This document shows positions 20,518 through 29,069 of a stretch of 64,000 nt of DNA, piece by piece. The notes beneath the pieces are model-generated. The model had not been told where the DNA came from. It saw only the letters and a list, made by a program, of their open reading frames with translations, and did no database searches. Made by a program: the position numbers and the translations under genes. Positions within the stretch are counted from its first letter, which is position 1; each line of letters begins with the position of its first letter. Location of the stretch: NCBI GenBank assembly GCA_023701265.1, contig JAMPXI010000001.1:12890-76889 (forward strand), in the 5' to 3' direction. This DNA is from Desulfuromonadales bacterium (GTDB lineage: Bacteria > Desulfobacterota > Desulfuromonadia > Desulfuromonadales > BM103).

Positions 20518-22158
20518 ATGATGTCTCATAATGCAAACCTCATTCCATGGTGTGAATCGATGAAATATATCAGTGATTTCCTGGTGATCGGCAGCGGTAT
20601 TGCCGGCCTTTCCTATGCGTTGAAAGTTGCCGAACACGGCAAAGTCTCCCTGGTGACCAAACGCGACACAAAAACCACCGCGACCGCCCTTGCCCAGGGC
20701 GGATTTGCCACGGTCGCGTCCTCGACGGATTCCTTCGACGAGCATGTCAATGACACCATGGTCGCCGGTGCGTGGCTCTCCAAAGAGGACATCGTACGCT
20801 TGGTCGTCGAGAACGGACCTGCCGCCATCGAGGAGTTGATCGGCCTCGGCGTCCGTTTCACCCGTGGCGCATCGGGCGACTACGATTTGACCCGTGAAGG
20901 CGGGCACAGCCAGCGCCGCATCTACCATGCCAAGGACGAGACCGGCAAGGAAATCGAGCGGGCGCTGGTCGAAGCCGTCAACGCCCACCCCAACATCAAG
21001 ATTTACGAAGATCATGTCGCCGTGGACCTGATTACCGAAGCGAAGCTCGTGCGGCGGCGGATCATGCCAAACCGCTGTCTTGGCGCCTATATCCTCGATA
21101 CCAAGACCGGCGAAGTCGTAACCTTCGGCGCGGCGATTACCGTTATCGCCACGGGCGGGGCCGGCAAGGTCTATCTGTACACCTGCAATCCGGATGTGGC
21201 GACCGGTGACGGCATCGCCATGGCGTATCGAGCCGGCGCGACCATTGCCAACATGGAGTTCATGCAATTCCATCCGACGACGCTTTACCACCCTCATGCC
21301 AAAAGTTTCCTGATCTCGGAGGCGGTGCGCGGCGAGGGAGCAATCCTGCGACGGCGCGACGGCACCGCGTTCATGGAAGCCTATCACCCGCTGAAGGACC
21401 TTGCCCCCCGTGACATCGTTGCGCGCGCCATCGACAACGAGATGAAGGTGCATGGCGATGACTGCGTGTTTCTCGACATCACTCACAAGGACCCGGCTTT
21501 CGTCAAAGACCATTTTCCCTACATCTTCGAAACCTGCCTCGGCTACGGCATCGACATGACCCGCGAACCGATCCCGGTCGTGCCCGCCGCTCACTACCTG
21601 TGCGGCGGGGTGCGGGTCGACAGGTGGGGCGAAACCGATATTGGCAACCTCTTTGCCATTGGTGAAGCCGCCTGTACCGGACTGCACGGCGCCAACCGCC
21701 TTGCCAGCAACAGCTTGCTGGAAGGTGCCGTATTCGGCGCACGTGCCGCGCAACGTTCATTGGAGCATTTCCGGGAAGGTCAGCCGCCCTTTCCCCCGAT
21801 TACCCCCTGGGATACCTGCAGTGCCCGCAACAGCGACGAAGAAGTGGTCGTGGCGCACAACTGGGATGAAATCCGCCGCTGCATGTGGAATTACGTCGGC
21901 ATCGTCCGCTCGACCAAGCGTCTGGTGCGCGCTTTGCGCCGGGTACAGATGATCCAGGAAGAAATTGCCGATTATTACTGGGATTTCTTTATCACCTCCG
22001 ACCTGGTCGAATTGCGCAACATCGCCACCGTCGCCGAACTGATCATCCGCTGCGCCCTCAAGCGCCAGGAGAGCCGCGGACTGCATTACACCATCGATTT
22101 TCCCGATACCGATGACGTCCACTGGAAGAAGGACACCCTCATCCGCAAGACGTTCTGA
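20518..22158 (+). CDS. nadB: L-aspartate oxidase
   Basis: FAD fold DFLVIGSGIAGLSYA, plus RGEGAILR and GLHGANRLASNSLLE. The alternative start ATG 20560 (MKYISDF...) is equally plausible. Confidence 0.93.
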   Translation: MMSHNANLIPWCESMKYISDFLVIGSGIAGLSYALKVAEHGKVSLVTKRDTKTTATALAQGGFATVASSTDSFDEHVNDTMVAGAWLSKEDIVRLVVENGPAAIEELIGLGVRFTRGASGDYDLTREGGHSQRRIYHAKDETGKEIERALVEAVNAHPNIKIYEDHVAVDLITEAKLVRRRIMPNRCLGAYILDTKTGEVVTFGAAITVIATGGAGKVYLYTCNPDVATGDGIAMAYRAGATIANMEFMQFHPTTLYHPHAKSFLISEAVRGEGAILRRRDGTAFMEAYHPLKDLAPRDIVARAIDNEMKVHGDDCVFLDITHKDPAFVKDHFPYIFETCLGYGIDMTREPIPVVPAAHYLCGGVRVDRWGETDIGNLFAIGEAACTGLHGANRLASNSLLEGAVFGARAAQRSLEHFREGQPPFPPITPWDTCSARNSDEEVVVAHNWDEIRRCMWNYVGIVRSTKRLVRALRRVQMIQEEIADYYWDFFITSDLVELRNIATVAELIIRCALKRQESRGLHYTIDFPDTDDVHWKKDTLIRKTF

Positions 22159-22184
22159 AAATTCACTTCCCCTCCCACCCCCAT

Positions 22185-22207
22185 CCCTCTCCCAGCAAGG
22201 GAGAGGG
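22185..22207 (+). promoter_or_regulatory. hairpin sequestering the chorismate mutase Shine-Dalgarno
   Basis: CCCTCTCCC-AGCAA-GGGAGAGGG is a 9-bp perfect stem. Its 3' arm is the only purine-rich SD candidate, 10 nt upstream of ATG 22218. Confidence 0.35.
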
Positions 22208-22217
22208 TGATCTGAAA

Positions 22218-22505
22218 ATGACAGGGTATTTCATGAACATCGACGACTACCGGCAGGAAATCGACCGGCTCGACCGCGAGCTGCTGCGCATCTTCAATGC
22301 GCGCGCGGCCCTGGCCCTGCACATCGGCGAGATCAAGAAGGAACGCGGCCTGCCGGTTTACGACCCGGATCGCGAACGACGCATCTTCGAGGCGATGACC
22401 GCGGCCAACCCGGGGCCTCTCGAAGACGAAGCCATCGTCCGATTATTCGAACGCGTCATCGATGAGTCGCGGCGGCTCGAACGCATTCGCACCAGGGGGA
22501 AATGA
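22218..22505 (+). CDS. chorismate mutase (AroQ class, stand-alone)
   Basis: 95-aa ORF. IDDYRQEIDRLDRELLRIFNARAALALHIGEIKKERGLPVYDPDRERRIFE follows the AroQ helical-bundle signature. Confidence 0.8.
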   Translation: MTGYFMNIDDYRQEIDRLDRELLRIFNARAALALHIGEIKKERGLPVYDPDRERRIFEAMTAANPGPLEDEAIVRLFERVIDESRRLERIRTRGK

Positions 22506-22717
22506 CCATGCTGATCGTCATGAAACAAGGGGCCACCGAGGAACAGAAACGCCAGGTCAAACAGTACCTGGTCGAGCACGATTTCGACTTTCACCAGTCG
22601 ACCGGGGCCAACCGCACCATCATTGGCGTGATCGGCGACACCAACAACATCATCCGTGCGGAAGTGGAAAGCCTGGACGGCGTGCATGTGATCTTCAAAA
22701 TCCCTGAAGAAGCTTAA
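22502..22717 (+). CDS. stand-alone ferredoxin-like/ACT-type regulatory domain of the kind fused to type I-beta DAH7P synthases
   Basis: 71-aa ORF whose ATG overlaps the chorismate mutase TGA (ATGA). MLIVMKQGATEEQKRQVKQYL...HQSTGANRTIIGVIGD...LDGVHVIFKI parallels the N-terminal regulatory domain of Thermotoga-type DAH7PS. No catalytic barrel follows. Confidence 0.6.
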   Translation: MTMLIVMKQGATEEQKRQVKQYLVEHDFDFHQSTGANRTIIGVIGDTNNIIRAEVESLDGVHVIFKIPEEA

Positions 22718-22733
22718 TGGTGAGGGCTCACTG

Positions 22734-23210
22734 ATGAATGAAACCGAACTGCTGCTTGAAGAATTGCGGCCGGATTTCGGCCGGGAAATCGCTGTCGGCG
22801 AATGGCTGGCCATCGATCAACCGCGCATCGATGCCTTTGCCGCGGCTACCGGCGATACCCAGTGGATTCACGTCGACCCGGCCCGCGCCGGCAAGGAGTC
22901 GCCGTACGGCACCACCGTGGCTCACGGTTTTCTGACCCTGTCCCTCCTCCCTTTTTTGACCGGTAGCAATTCTCCTGACTATCTGCGCCAGCACTTTCCG
23001 GGCATGCGCCTGCGGGTCAATTATGGGCTGAACAAACTGCGCTTCCCGGCTCCGGTCAAGTGCGGCGACCGGATTCGCGCCCGCACCCAGTTAAAGGACG
23101 CCACCCTGCTCGACAAGGGCCTTGAGGTGACTTATCTGTTCACCGTGGACATCGAAGGAGCCGGGAAACCGGCACTGGTCGCCGAGCAGGTCGTAAGAGT
23201 CTACCCATAA
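22734..23210 (+). CDS. MaoC-like (R)-specific enoyl-CoA hydratase/dehydratase
   Basis: 158-aa ORF. The hot-dog fold pattern is FAAATGDTQWIHVDPARA...YGTTVAHGFLTLSL. Confidence 0.8.
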   Translation: MNETELLLEELRPDFGREIAVGEWLAIDQPRIDAFAAATGDTQWIHVDPARAGKESPYGTTVAHGFLTLSLLPFLTGSNSPDYLRQHFPGMRLRVNYGLNKLRFPAPVKCGDRIRARTQLKDATLLDKGLEVTYLFTVDIEGAGKPALVAEQVVRVYP

Positions 23211-23239
23211 ATAACTTTTCATGTGCGCGCTGTTAGGTT

Positions 23240-23875
23240 ATGGTGTTGCGCATGAAAATGAAGCCGTTTCTGATTTTACTGGTGATTGTCGGTGCCATCT
23301 CCGGGGGATTTATTATTGGCAGATGGACTCAACTGAAGGTCGCATCGGCTGCCCAGCCTCCGGTTGTCGCCCCCTCCTTTCACGACATGCGCATCAATCC
23401 GACGACTGACTATGTCGGGCTGATCGATCCTGATCATCCGGAAATTATCAAACATACCCGCCAGTTTCGCAGCTATGAAGATGCCTATCGTTTCGTAAAC
23501 GAGCAGATTCGCTTTGCCCCTTTCGTCCCGCCTGGGCCTGTCAACAAAACGCTCGAATATCGAACCGGCAGTTGCCTCGGGAAAGCGGCTCTATTGTGCA
23601 GTTTCTATCGGGCCATGGGGATGCCGAGCAGCGACGTGCGGCTGGTCATGGGGTTGGTCATGACTCAGGAAGGTCAGTCAGATCATGTCTGGCTCGACCT
23701 CGAGCACAAAGGCAAGGACTTGCAGCAAGATCCTTCAGGGATGCTGGGGCGCTTCGCTTTCAACGAGTTTCCTGGCAATCGCTATGTCGACAGTTACGTC
23801 GTAAAAGAGTCGTTCTGTTTCAACGATAGCCATTTTGCCATCGTCTCCCAACTCAACCGATTCCGGGACAGGTGA
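23240..23875 (+). CDS. membrane-anchored transglutaminase-like cysteine protease-fold protein
   Basis: 211-aa ORF with an N-terminal TM helix. The Cys-His-Asp arrangement is GSCLGKAALLCSFYRAMG ... DHVWLDLE. The start is ambiguous among three Met codons. Confidence 0.65.
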   Translation: MVLRMKMKPFLILLVIVGAISGGFIIGRWTQLKVASAAQPPVVAPSFHDMRINPTTDYVGLIDPDHPEIIKHTRQFRSYEDAYRFVNEQIRFAPFVPPGPVNKTLEYRTGSCLGKAALLCSFYRAMGMPSSDVRLVMGLVMTQEGQSDHVWLDLEHKGKDLQQDPSGMLGRFAFNEFPGNRYVDSYVVKESFCFNDSHFAIVSQLNRFRDR

Positions 23876-23913
23876 TCGCCCCGGACTGTTCCGACGGCGC
23901 AACAGGCATGAAC

Positions 23914-23940
23914 AAAGCCCCGGCAATCAGCCGGGGCTTT
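23914..23940. terminator. hairpin between convergent genes (possible bidirectional terminator)
   Basis: AAAGCCCCGGC-AATCA-GCCGGGGCTTT is an 11-bp stem whose A and T tracts are part of the arms. Confidence 0.5.
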
Positions 23941-23944
23941 GTCG

Positions 23945-24544
23945 TCAGATGGGGGGATCGACAGGTGGTGTTGGGTTGACCAGCAACCGTCTGATAATCA
24001 TATGGATGAGCACAAAAACCATCACCACCAAGCCAACGATGGCCAATAGTGGCAGCAGCAGGGCAAGAACCGTCATGACAATGGCTCCGAAAAACTCCAG
24101 CGCGGCGACCAACAGATTGCCGAGTCCGCCGGTCAGGAGCGTTGAACCGCCACGAAAAGCCATACTGCCGGCCTGAACGATCCCCGCTGCACCACCCCCG
24201 GCAATCACCGCCAGCGACCATTTGAGCAAGGGGGAGGCATCGCCGAGCAATGACGCCATCAGCAGGGTTCCGGCGACAATCGCCGCCGGGGCCGCAATGA
24301 CATCCATCAGGTGATCGATGACCGGCACCGAATAGGCGCCAACCTCCAGCACCGTCGCCACGGCCAGGGCCAACAGCGCCGGCCAAGTTCCGAGCCAGGC
24401 AAATTCGGAAGAGAGCGGCAGGTAGCCGGCCAGTGCGGCAATGCTCACCCCGAGCAGCGGCACGAAGACCCGGAAGCCACAGGCGGCACTCAGGCCGATG
24501 CCTACCAGCACGGCGTGGAGCAGATCAAGCTGTAGCGGATCCAT
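23945..24544 (-). CDS. DUF4126 family integral membrane protein
   Basis: 199-aa ORF, polytopic and Gly/Ala-rich. The N-terminus MDPLQLDLLHAVLVGIGLSAACGFRVFVPLLG follows the DUF4126 pattern. Confidence 0.65.
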   Translation of the reverse strand: MDPLQLDLLHAVLVGIGLSAACGFRVFVPLLGVSIAALAGYLPLSSEFAWLGTWPALLALAVATVLEVGAYSVPVIDHLMDVIAAPAAIVAGTLLMASLLGDASPLLKWSLAVIAGGGAAGIVQAGSMAFRGGSTLLTGGLGNLLVAALEFFGAIVMTVLALLLPLLAIVGLVVMVFVLIHMIIRRLLVNPTPPVDPPI

Positions 24545-24545
24545 G

Positions 24546-25151
24546 TCAGCTTTCCCGCCGGTCGGGACGGACCAGCCAGAACAGCGCGATGGTGGTCAAT
24601 GCGCCGAGCGTGTCGGCAAGCATATCTTTCTGCGCGTCCCACACATCCCCCTGTGAGCCGAGGAACTCGACCCCGGCCCCACCGCCGACGACTTCCGCAA
24701 ACCACCATTCAACGATCTCGTAGCCAGCGGCAATGCTCATGATGAAGAAGACGCCGAGAAAACTGGCCAGGATCGGCCCCGACCAGCGCTTGCGCGTGAC
24801 CCACTCGGCCAGCGGATAAGCATAGAAGCCAACGGAAAAATGGCCGATACGGTCAAAATGGTTACGTTCGAAACCGAACAGATCGGTGATCCAGCCAAAG
24901 GGCACATTCGCGAAAGTGTAATGCCCGCCGATCGTGTGCCAGAAAAGCCAGAAGGCCATGAGCGAGTAGGAAAGGTTGCTGAAGCGGAAATCCTTGTAAG
25001 TGACGACCAACAGGGCAAAGACGATCACCACCGGGATGACTTCGGCCACCCAGACGTCGCGTGATACCGGGGCGATGCCTAAAATAATGAAGAAGATCGT
25101 AAAAATGACCGCAAGGACATGCGGATATTTGGAGGATATGGTGGGTGTCAT
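24546..25151 (-). CDS. DUF2238 (YjdF-like) integral membrane protein
   Basis: Track ORF trimmed to ATG 25151, with AGAGAGG 8 nt upstream. It is polytopic. GHFSVGFYAYPLAE and GSQGDVWDAQKDMLADTLGA are YjdF-family signatures. The stop is 1 nt before the DUF4126 ATG. Confidence 0.65.
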   Translation of the reverse strand: MTPTISSKYPHVLAVIFTIFFIILGIAPVSRDVWVAEVIPVVIVFALLVVTYKDFRFSNLSYSLMAFWLFWHTIGGHYTFANVPFGWITDLFGFERNHFDRIGHFSVGFYAYPLAEWVTRKRWSGPILASFLGVFFIMSIAAGYEIVEWWFAEVVGGGAGVEFLGSQGDVWDAQKDMLADTLGALTTIALFWLVRPDRRES

Positions 25152-25214
25152 CGCGTCGCCTCTCTGGTCTATTGAAGCGGAAGCCATGAAACTGTCAAGG
25201 CAAAAAGACGGCGG

Positions 25215-26120
25215 CTACTTCCGCGCCAGCTTATTTCTCCCCCACGCTTCGATCTTCGCCTTGATCTCCGGCATCATCTTCTGCGTCGCGTCGACCCCGG
25301 CCTGCATGCAGCGCTTCTTCTGGGTGAAGTCGAGCATGCCAACATCACCGATGTTCGGTGCGATCAATATGTCGGCCTCCTGTTTTCTGAATTTGGCGTT
25401 CTCGGAACTCATGACGGTGATGGACTGGAGCATCACGTCGATAATATCGACAATGTTGAAATTGCTCACCTGTTTTCCAATGTCCACGGCAATCACGATG
25501 TCGGCGCCCTTCTCCCTCGCCACGGAGGCTGGAACATTATCGCTCACCCCGCCATCGACCAGGAGCCTACCTTGGTGCTCCACCGGCTGGAATACTCCCG
25601 GGAGAGCGCTGCTGGCCCGCACGGCCCTGCCGACGGAACCTGTGTCGAGAATAACTCTGGTCCCCCGGTTCAGGTCCGTCGCAACGGCGGCAAAGGGGAC
25701 CTTGAGCTCCTCGATGTTCGCGACCGGGACCTTGCTCTTGACGAAAGACTCCAACTTCTCACCTTTGGCCGCACCCATGCCGGTGAACGCATTCAGCAAG
25801 CCATAATCGAAGATGTCGTCCTTTTCGAGCGCAAAGGCGGTCCATTCCAGCTCGAAGCTGTTCCGGTCGTGAGCATAGATGGCGCCGATCAGGCTGCCCA
25901 CGCTGGTTCCCACCACCAGGTCGACCGGAATCTTTTCCTGCTCCAAGGCCCGAATGACGCCGATATGGGCGAACCCTCGCGCCGCACCGCCGCCCAGCAC
26001 CAGCGCCACCTTTGGTTTCGGCAGCGATCCGGCCGGCAGGTTGACCGAACCGTTCATCGTCGTACAGGAGGCGAGCAGCAGAACACTGCCGAGAAACAAA
26101 ATCATCAATCGATGCTTCAT
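25215..26120 (-). CDS. patatin-like phospholipase (lipoprotein)
   Basis: 301-aa ORF with lipobox LLLASC, oxyanion motif GGGAARGFAHIGV, nucleophile elbow GTSVGS and catalytic Asp DGGVSDNVP. Confidence 0.85.
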   Translation of the reverse strand: MKHRLMILFLGSVLLLASCTTMNGSVNLPAGSLPKPKVALVLGGGAARGFAHIGVIRALEQEKIPVDLVVGTSVGSLIGAIYAHDRNSFELEWTAFALEKDDIFDYGLLNAFTGMGAAKGEKLESFVKSKVPVANIEELKVPFAAVATDLNRGTRVILDTGSVGRAVRASSALPGVFQPVEHQGRLLVDGGVSDNVPASVAREKGADIVIAVDIGKQVSNFNIVDIIDVMLQSITVMSSENAKFRKQEADILIAPNIGDVGMLDFTQKKRCMQAGVDATQKMMPEIKAKIEAWGRNKLARK

Positions 26121-26164
26121 CTTTACCCTCGCTTGCTTGCCCCTCTCCCGGTCTGTCCGTTAAT

Positions 26165-26190
26165 CAAAAAGCCCTCCACGCAGGAGGGCT
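26165..26190 (-). terminator. intrinsic terminator after the DUF882 gene
   Basis: The minus strand reads AGCCCTCC-TGCGT-GGAGGGCT followed by TTTTGA. Confidence 0.6.
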
Positions 26191-26237
26191 ATAGATTCAG
26201 CTTATGACACCTTAAAACTGGACAGGCGGGAGCAAGG

Positions 26238-26873
26238 CTACCAGTGCCGAATCGGCCCGGAATCGATGTGCACGAAACTGCGCTTCGGATAGTACCCTAC
26301 CCCGCCGTTATGCAGGGACAGGGCAGCCGCACGCAACTGTTTGGTCGATACGCCGGGCAGCCGCAGATCGATCGCCCGGCCTTCGATGTGCAGGCTGTGC
26401 TTGGCGACCCGCCGGCTGCGATGGCGCAATTCCTTGTTGGTCTCTTCGCTGCGATAGCCGGAGATAATCTCGAAAGGCTGAAATGCTTCGAAGGTACTGC
26501 CAAGAGCGCAGATCTGATCGATGACCAACGGGTCGATCTCCTTCACCTCGTCGGTGCGGTGATCGCGCAGCAGATAGCTGATCTCATCCAGGGCTTCCTT
26601 GATATAATTGCCATCCTGCCAATAGATGAATCTGGAGAGCAGCTCACCGGTATTGACGTTGTAGAGGTTGACGGTGCGCTCCGGAAGCTCGGTGATCATC
26701 TTGCCGACTTTGGCCCAGGCGTTCCATGGCGCGAGAAACAGCGCTGAAGCAGCCAGGCCGACCTGGAGGACCTGCCGCCGCGTCGGCATCGCTGACGTCA
26801 GAAAGTCGCAGGTGGTTTTGAACGGATCGTGCATGAAGTCATACCTAGTCAAAGAGATTGTTGGAGCACTCAT
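26238..26873 (-). CDS. DUF882 / peptidase M15A (YcbK-like) Tat-exported protein
   Basis: Twin-arginine signal MPTRRQVLQVGLAASALFLAPWNAWA, plus HSLHIEGRAIDLRLPG and GVGYYPKRSFVHIDSGP. The start is uncertain between Met1, Met14 and Met29 (26873, 26834, 26789). None has a clear SD. Confidence 0.8.
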   Translation of the reverse strand: MSAPTISLTRYDFMHDPFKTTCDFLTSAMPTRRQVLQVGLAASALFLAPWNAWAKVGKMITELPERTVNLYNVNTGELLSRFIYWQDGNYIKEALDEISYLLRDHRTDEVKEIDPLVIDQICALGSTFEAFQPFEIISGYRSEETNKELRHRSRRVAKHSLHIEGRAIDLRLPGVSTKQLRAAALSLHNGGVGYYPKRSFVHIDSGPIRHW

Positions 26874-27053
26874 TAATAAGCAAGGGGCGTTCCAGCTCCG
26901 GGATTCCTACCCAAATTCAGCGCCAGAAACAACATAAAATTCTCTAACTTATGGAAAAGCATAATGATTACGAACTGTTTTGAAATTCTGAGCGGTAAAG
27001 AAAAAAAGGGGGAGAAAGTTGGGCTGGCAGGAGAAAATGGCGCGACTGAAAAG

Positions 27054-27076
27054 GAATCCGGCAGATCACCGGATTC
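27054..27076 (-). terminator. possible terminator after the dodecin gene
   Basis: The hairpin GAATCCGG-N7-CCGGATTC is followed on the minus strand by CTTTTC. The U tract is weak. Confidence 0.35.
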
Positions 27077-27108
27077 GATGGCAAAAAACGGAACGGTCCG
27101 GAAAGAGG

Positions 27109-27327
27109 TCAGGAGAGTTGGAACGCTATTTTCAGCACCACCTGGTATTCGGAAACCTTGCCGTCATCATCGATATGTCCCCGGACATCCTGAACCTCAA
27201 ACCAGGAAACCTTTTCAAGCGATTCATGCGCGCGACTGACCGCAGCTTGAATCGCTCCCTCGACACTGGTTGATGAAATGCCGATGACCTCGATCTTTTT
27301 GTAAACACGATCCTCACCGTAGGACAT
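27109..27327 (-). CDS. dodecin-family flavin-binding protein
   Basis: Track ORF trimmed to ATG 27327, preceded by GAGGAGGTGG. It encodes 72 aa. VYKKIEVIGISSTSVEGAIQAAV...WFEVQDVRGHI...YQVVLKIAF follows the dodecin fold pattern. Confidence 0.7.
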   Translation of the reverse strand: MSYGEDRVYKKIEVIGISSTSVEGAIQAAVSRAHESLEKVSWFEVQDVRGHIDDDGKVSEYQVVLKIAFQLS

Positions 27328-27407
27328 GATCCACCTCCTCGTGAATTTCCCTCGCAACAAGTTTAGCAGAAGCCGGGAATTAGGCCAGAAGCCGTCATCG
27401 CCCCCTG

Positions 27408-27935
27408 TTATTTGGCGTCGAAGCACTCATGATGAATCTTGTCGAACGGCAGACTGCCCCGCGCATGCCCAGCTTTGTTTTCCCGTGAATAGCCGATACC
27501 GATAATACAATCGACAACCATCCGCTCCGGGAGTCCAACCACGTCGCGCACATGGGCCTCGGCCGAACGGCCGTCATCATGGGGCCGCAGACGAATTTGC
27601 GCCCAACAACTGCCCAGCCCCAGAGAAACGGCGGTGAGCTGCAGAATGATCGCGGCAATCGCGCAATCTTCGACCCAGACATCACAACGCCCCGGATCGG
27701 CGGCAACGACGAAGGCCAATGGCACTCCCGCCAAAAAACCGGAACCATGCGCCTTGGCCTTCCCCAACGCCTGCAGCTTGAGCGGGTCGGTGACAACGAC
27801 AAACTCCCAAGGGTTGAGCCCCCGGGACGAGGGAGCACGCAGAATGGCCTCGGTCAGGATCTCGATCTTCTCCTGTTCTACGGCTCGAGGCTCGAACTGG
27901 CGAATGCTGCGCCGTTTTTGAAGGATATCAAGCAT
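27408..27935 (-). CDS. nitroreductase-family flavoprotein
   Basis: 175-aa ORF. RRSIRQFEPRAVEQEKIEILTEAILRAPSSRGLNPWEFVVV is the nitroreductase N-terminal signature. Confidence 0.8.
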   Translation of the reverse strand: MLDILQKRRSIRQFEPRAVEQEKIEILTEAILRAPSSRGLNPWEFVVVTDPLKLQALGKAKAHGSGFLAGVPLAFVVAADPGRCDVWVEDCAIAAIILQLTAVSLGLGSCWAQIRLRPHDDGRSAEAHVRDVVGLPERMVVDCIIGIGYSRENKAGHARGSLPFDKIHHECFDAK

Positions 27936-27943
27936 AGGGCAGA

Positions 27944-28654
27944 TCAGACCTTTTCAAGGAATTTCTTGACCACTTCGATCGACTCCATGTCGATCGACTG
28001 AAACTCGATGCCGAACCCCTGTGGCAGGCTCAAATTCATGCGGGGGAAGCCCTGGTTGACCCAGGCGACCCTGCCTTTGGCATTGATCCGGTGCGGACTG
28101 ACGGTCGGCAGGACGAAACTCACCTCGATGAGCTTCTGTGGCGGGATCTCTTCACGAAACTCGATATAGAGCCCATGCAGGCTGAGGTCGATACCGCGCC
28201 CCTGAAAACTTTTGCCGGAGATGATGAAATCGACGGTCATCTGGCAGGGAACCCGGCGCTCCCGACGTTCGATATGATACAGGTAGCGGTGGCCGAGGTT
28301 GAGAAACTCCTCGCGTCCGAACGGCTTCTTCAGGTAGCCGTCGCACCCGGAAGCCTTGACATCATCCTCGCTGGCATCACGATCCGGGGTAAAAATGAGC
28401 AGTATCGGGATTTTGGCCAGGCGCGGGTCGGCCTTGAGCTTGCGGCACGCTTCGATGCCGGTCATTTCGGGCATGGCTACATCCATGTAGATCAGGTCGG
28501 GCCAAACCCGGGTGGCGATCTCGACCGCCTCCCGGCCGTTGCTGGCAAAAGACACGCTGACCGGCGTACGCCGGAAATAATCACGCATGACATCACGGAA
28601 AAATGCCACATCATCAACAAGCAGAATCTTCAACTGATTGTTATTGCCGGTCAT
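27944..28654 (-). CDS. response-regulator receiver fused to a PilZ domain (paralog of 10105..10803)
   Basis: 236-aa ORF. Receiver residues are LLVDDVAFF, YMDVAMP and LKKP. PilZ motifs are RRERR and DLSLHG. The domain order matches the first copy. Confidence 0.8.
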   Translation of the reverse strand: MTGNNNQLKILLVDDVAFFRDVMRDYFRRTPVSVSFASNGREAVEIATRVWPDLIYMDVAMPEMTGIEACRKLKADPRLAKIPILLIFTPDRDASEDDVKASGCDGYLKKPFGREEFLNLGHRYLYHIERRERRVPCQMTVDFIISGKSFQGRGIDLSLHGLYIEFREEIPPQKLIEVSFVLPTVSPHRINAKGRVAWVNQGFPRMNLSLPQGFGIEFQSIDMESIEVVKKFLEKV

Positions 28655-28694
28655 CCCACAACCTCCTGGGCCAACTTCTCATTCAAAAGGATCA

Positions 28695-28973
28695 TCACGG
28701 CGAAGCAAGCAGTTCCCGCAGCCGGAGGATCTTGCGGTCGACAGCCGCCGCAACGCGTTCTTCACCGAGCATGTAGATCAACTGGCCAACCATGAGGAAA
28801 ACGTCGGCAAGTTCGTCAGCAACCGCCGTTTCATCGACCCGCCCCCGACGCAGATGCTTGAGGGTGGCAATCAATTCGGCGCACTCTTCCACGGCCTGAT
28901 CGTACTGAGCCTCCACGCCCCACTTCTGCAGGGTCGCCTGGTATAGTTCCCGGTATGCCATCAAGGATTGCAT
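28695..28973 (-). CDS. small MazG-like all-alpha NTP pyrophosphohydrolase-fold protein
   Basis: 92-aa ORF. The spacing of acidic motifs EECAELIATL ... ELADVFLMVGQL is typical of the single-domain MazG/HisE-like family. Confidence 0.6.
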   Translation of the reverse strand: MQSLMAYRELYQATLQKWGVEAQYDQAVEECAELIATLKHLRRGRVDETAVADELADVFLMVGQLIYMLGEERVAAAVDRKILRLRELLASP

Positions 28974-29069
28974 CGACCCTCCTTGCCAGGCAGAAGAATT
29001 GATCGCCGGCAGCAGCGATGATGATGCAAAAAATGCGCATCGGCAAGAACAAAAAGTGTTGCTTGATAG

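Noticed and set aside
20497-21753. 418-aa ORF on the minus strand
   Set aside because: It is fully antisense to nadB, whose product has unambiguous FAD and aspartate-oxidase motifs. The translation is Gly/Ala/Arg/Val-rich with no motif, which marks a typical high-GC shadow ORF.
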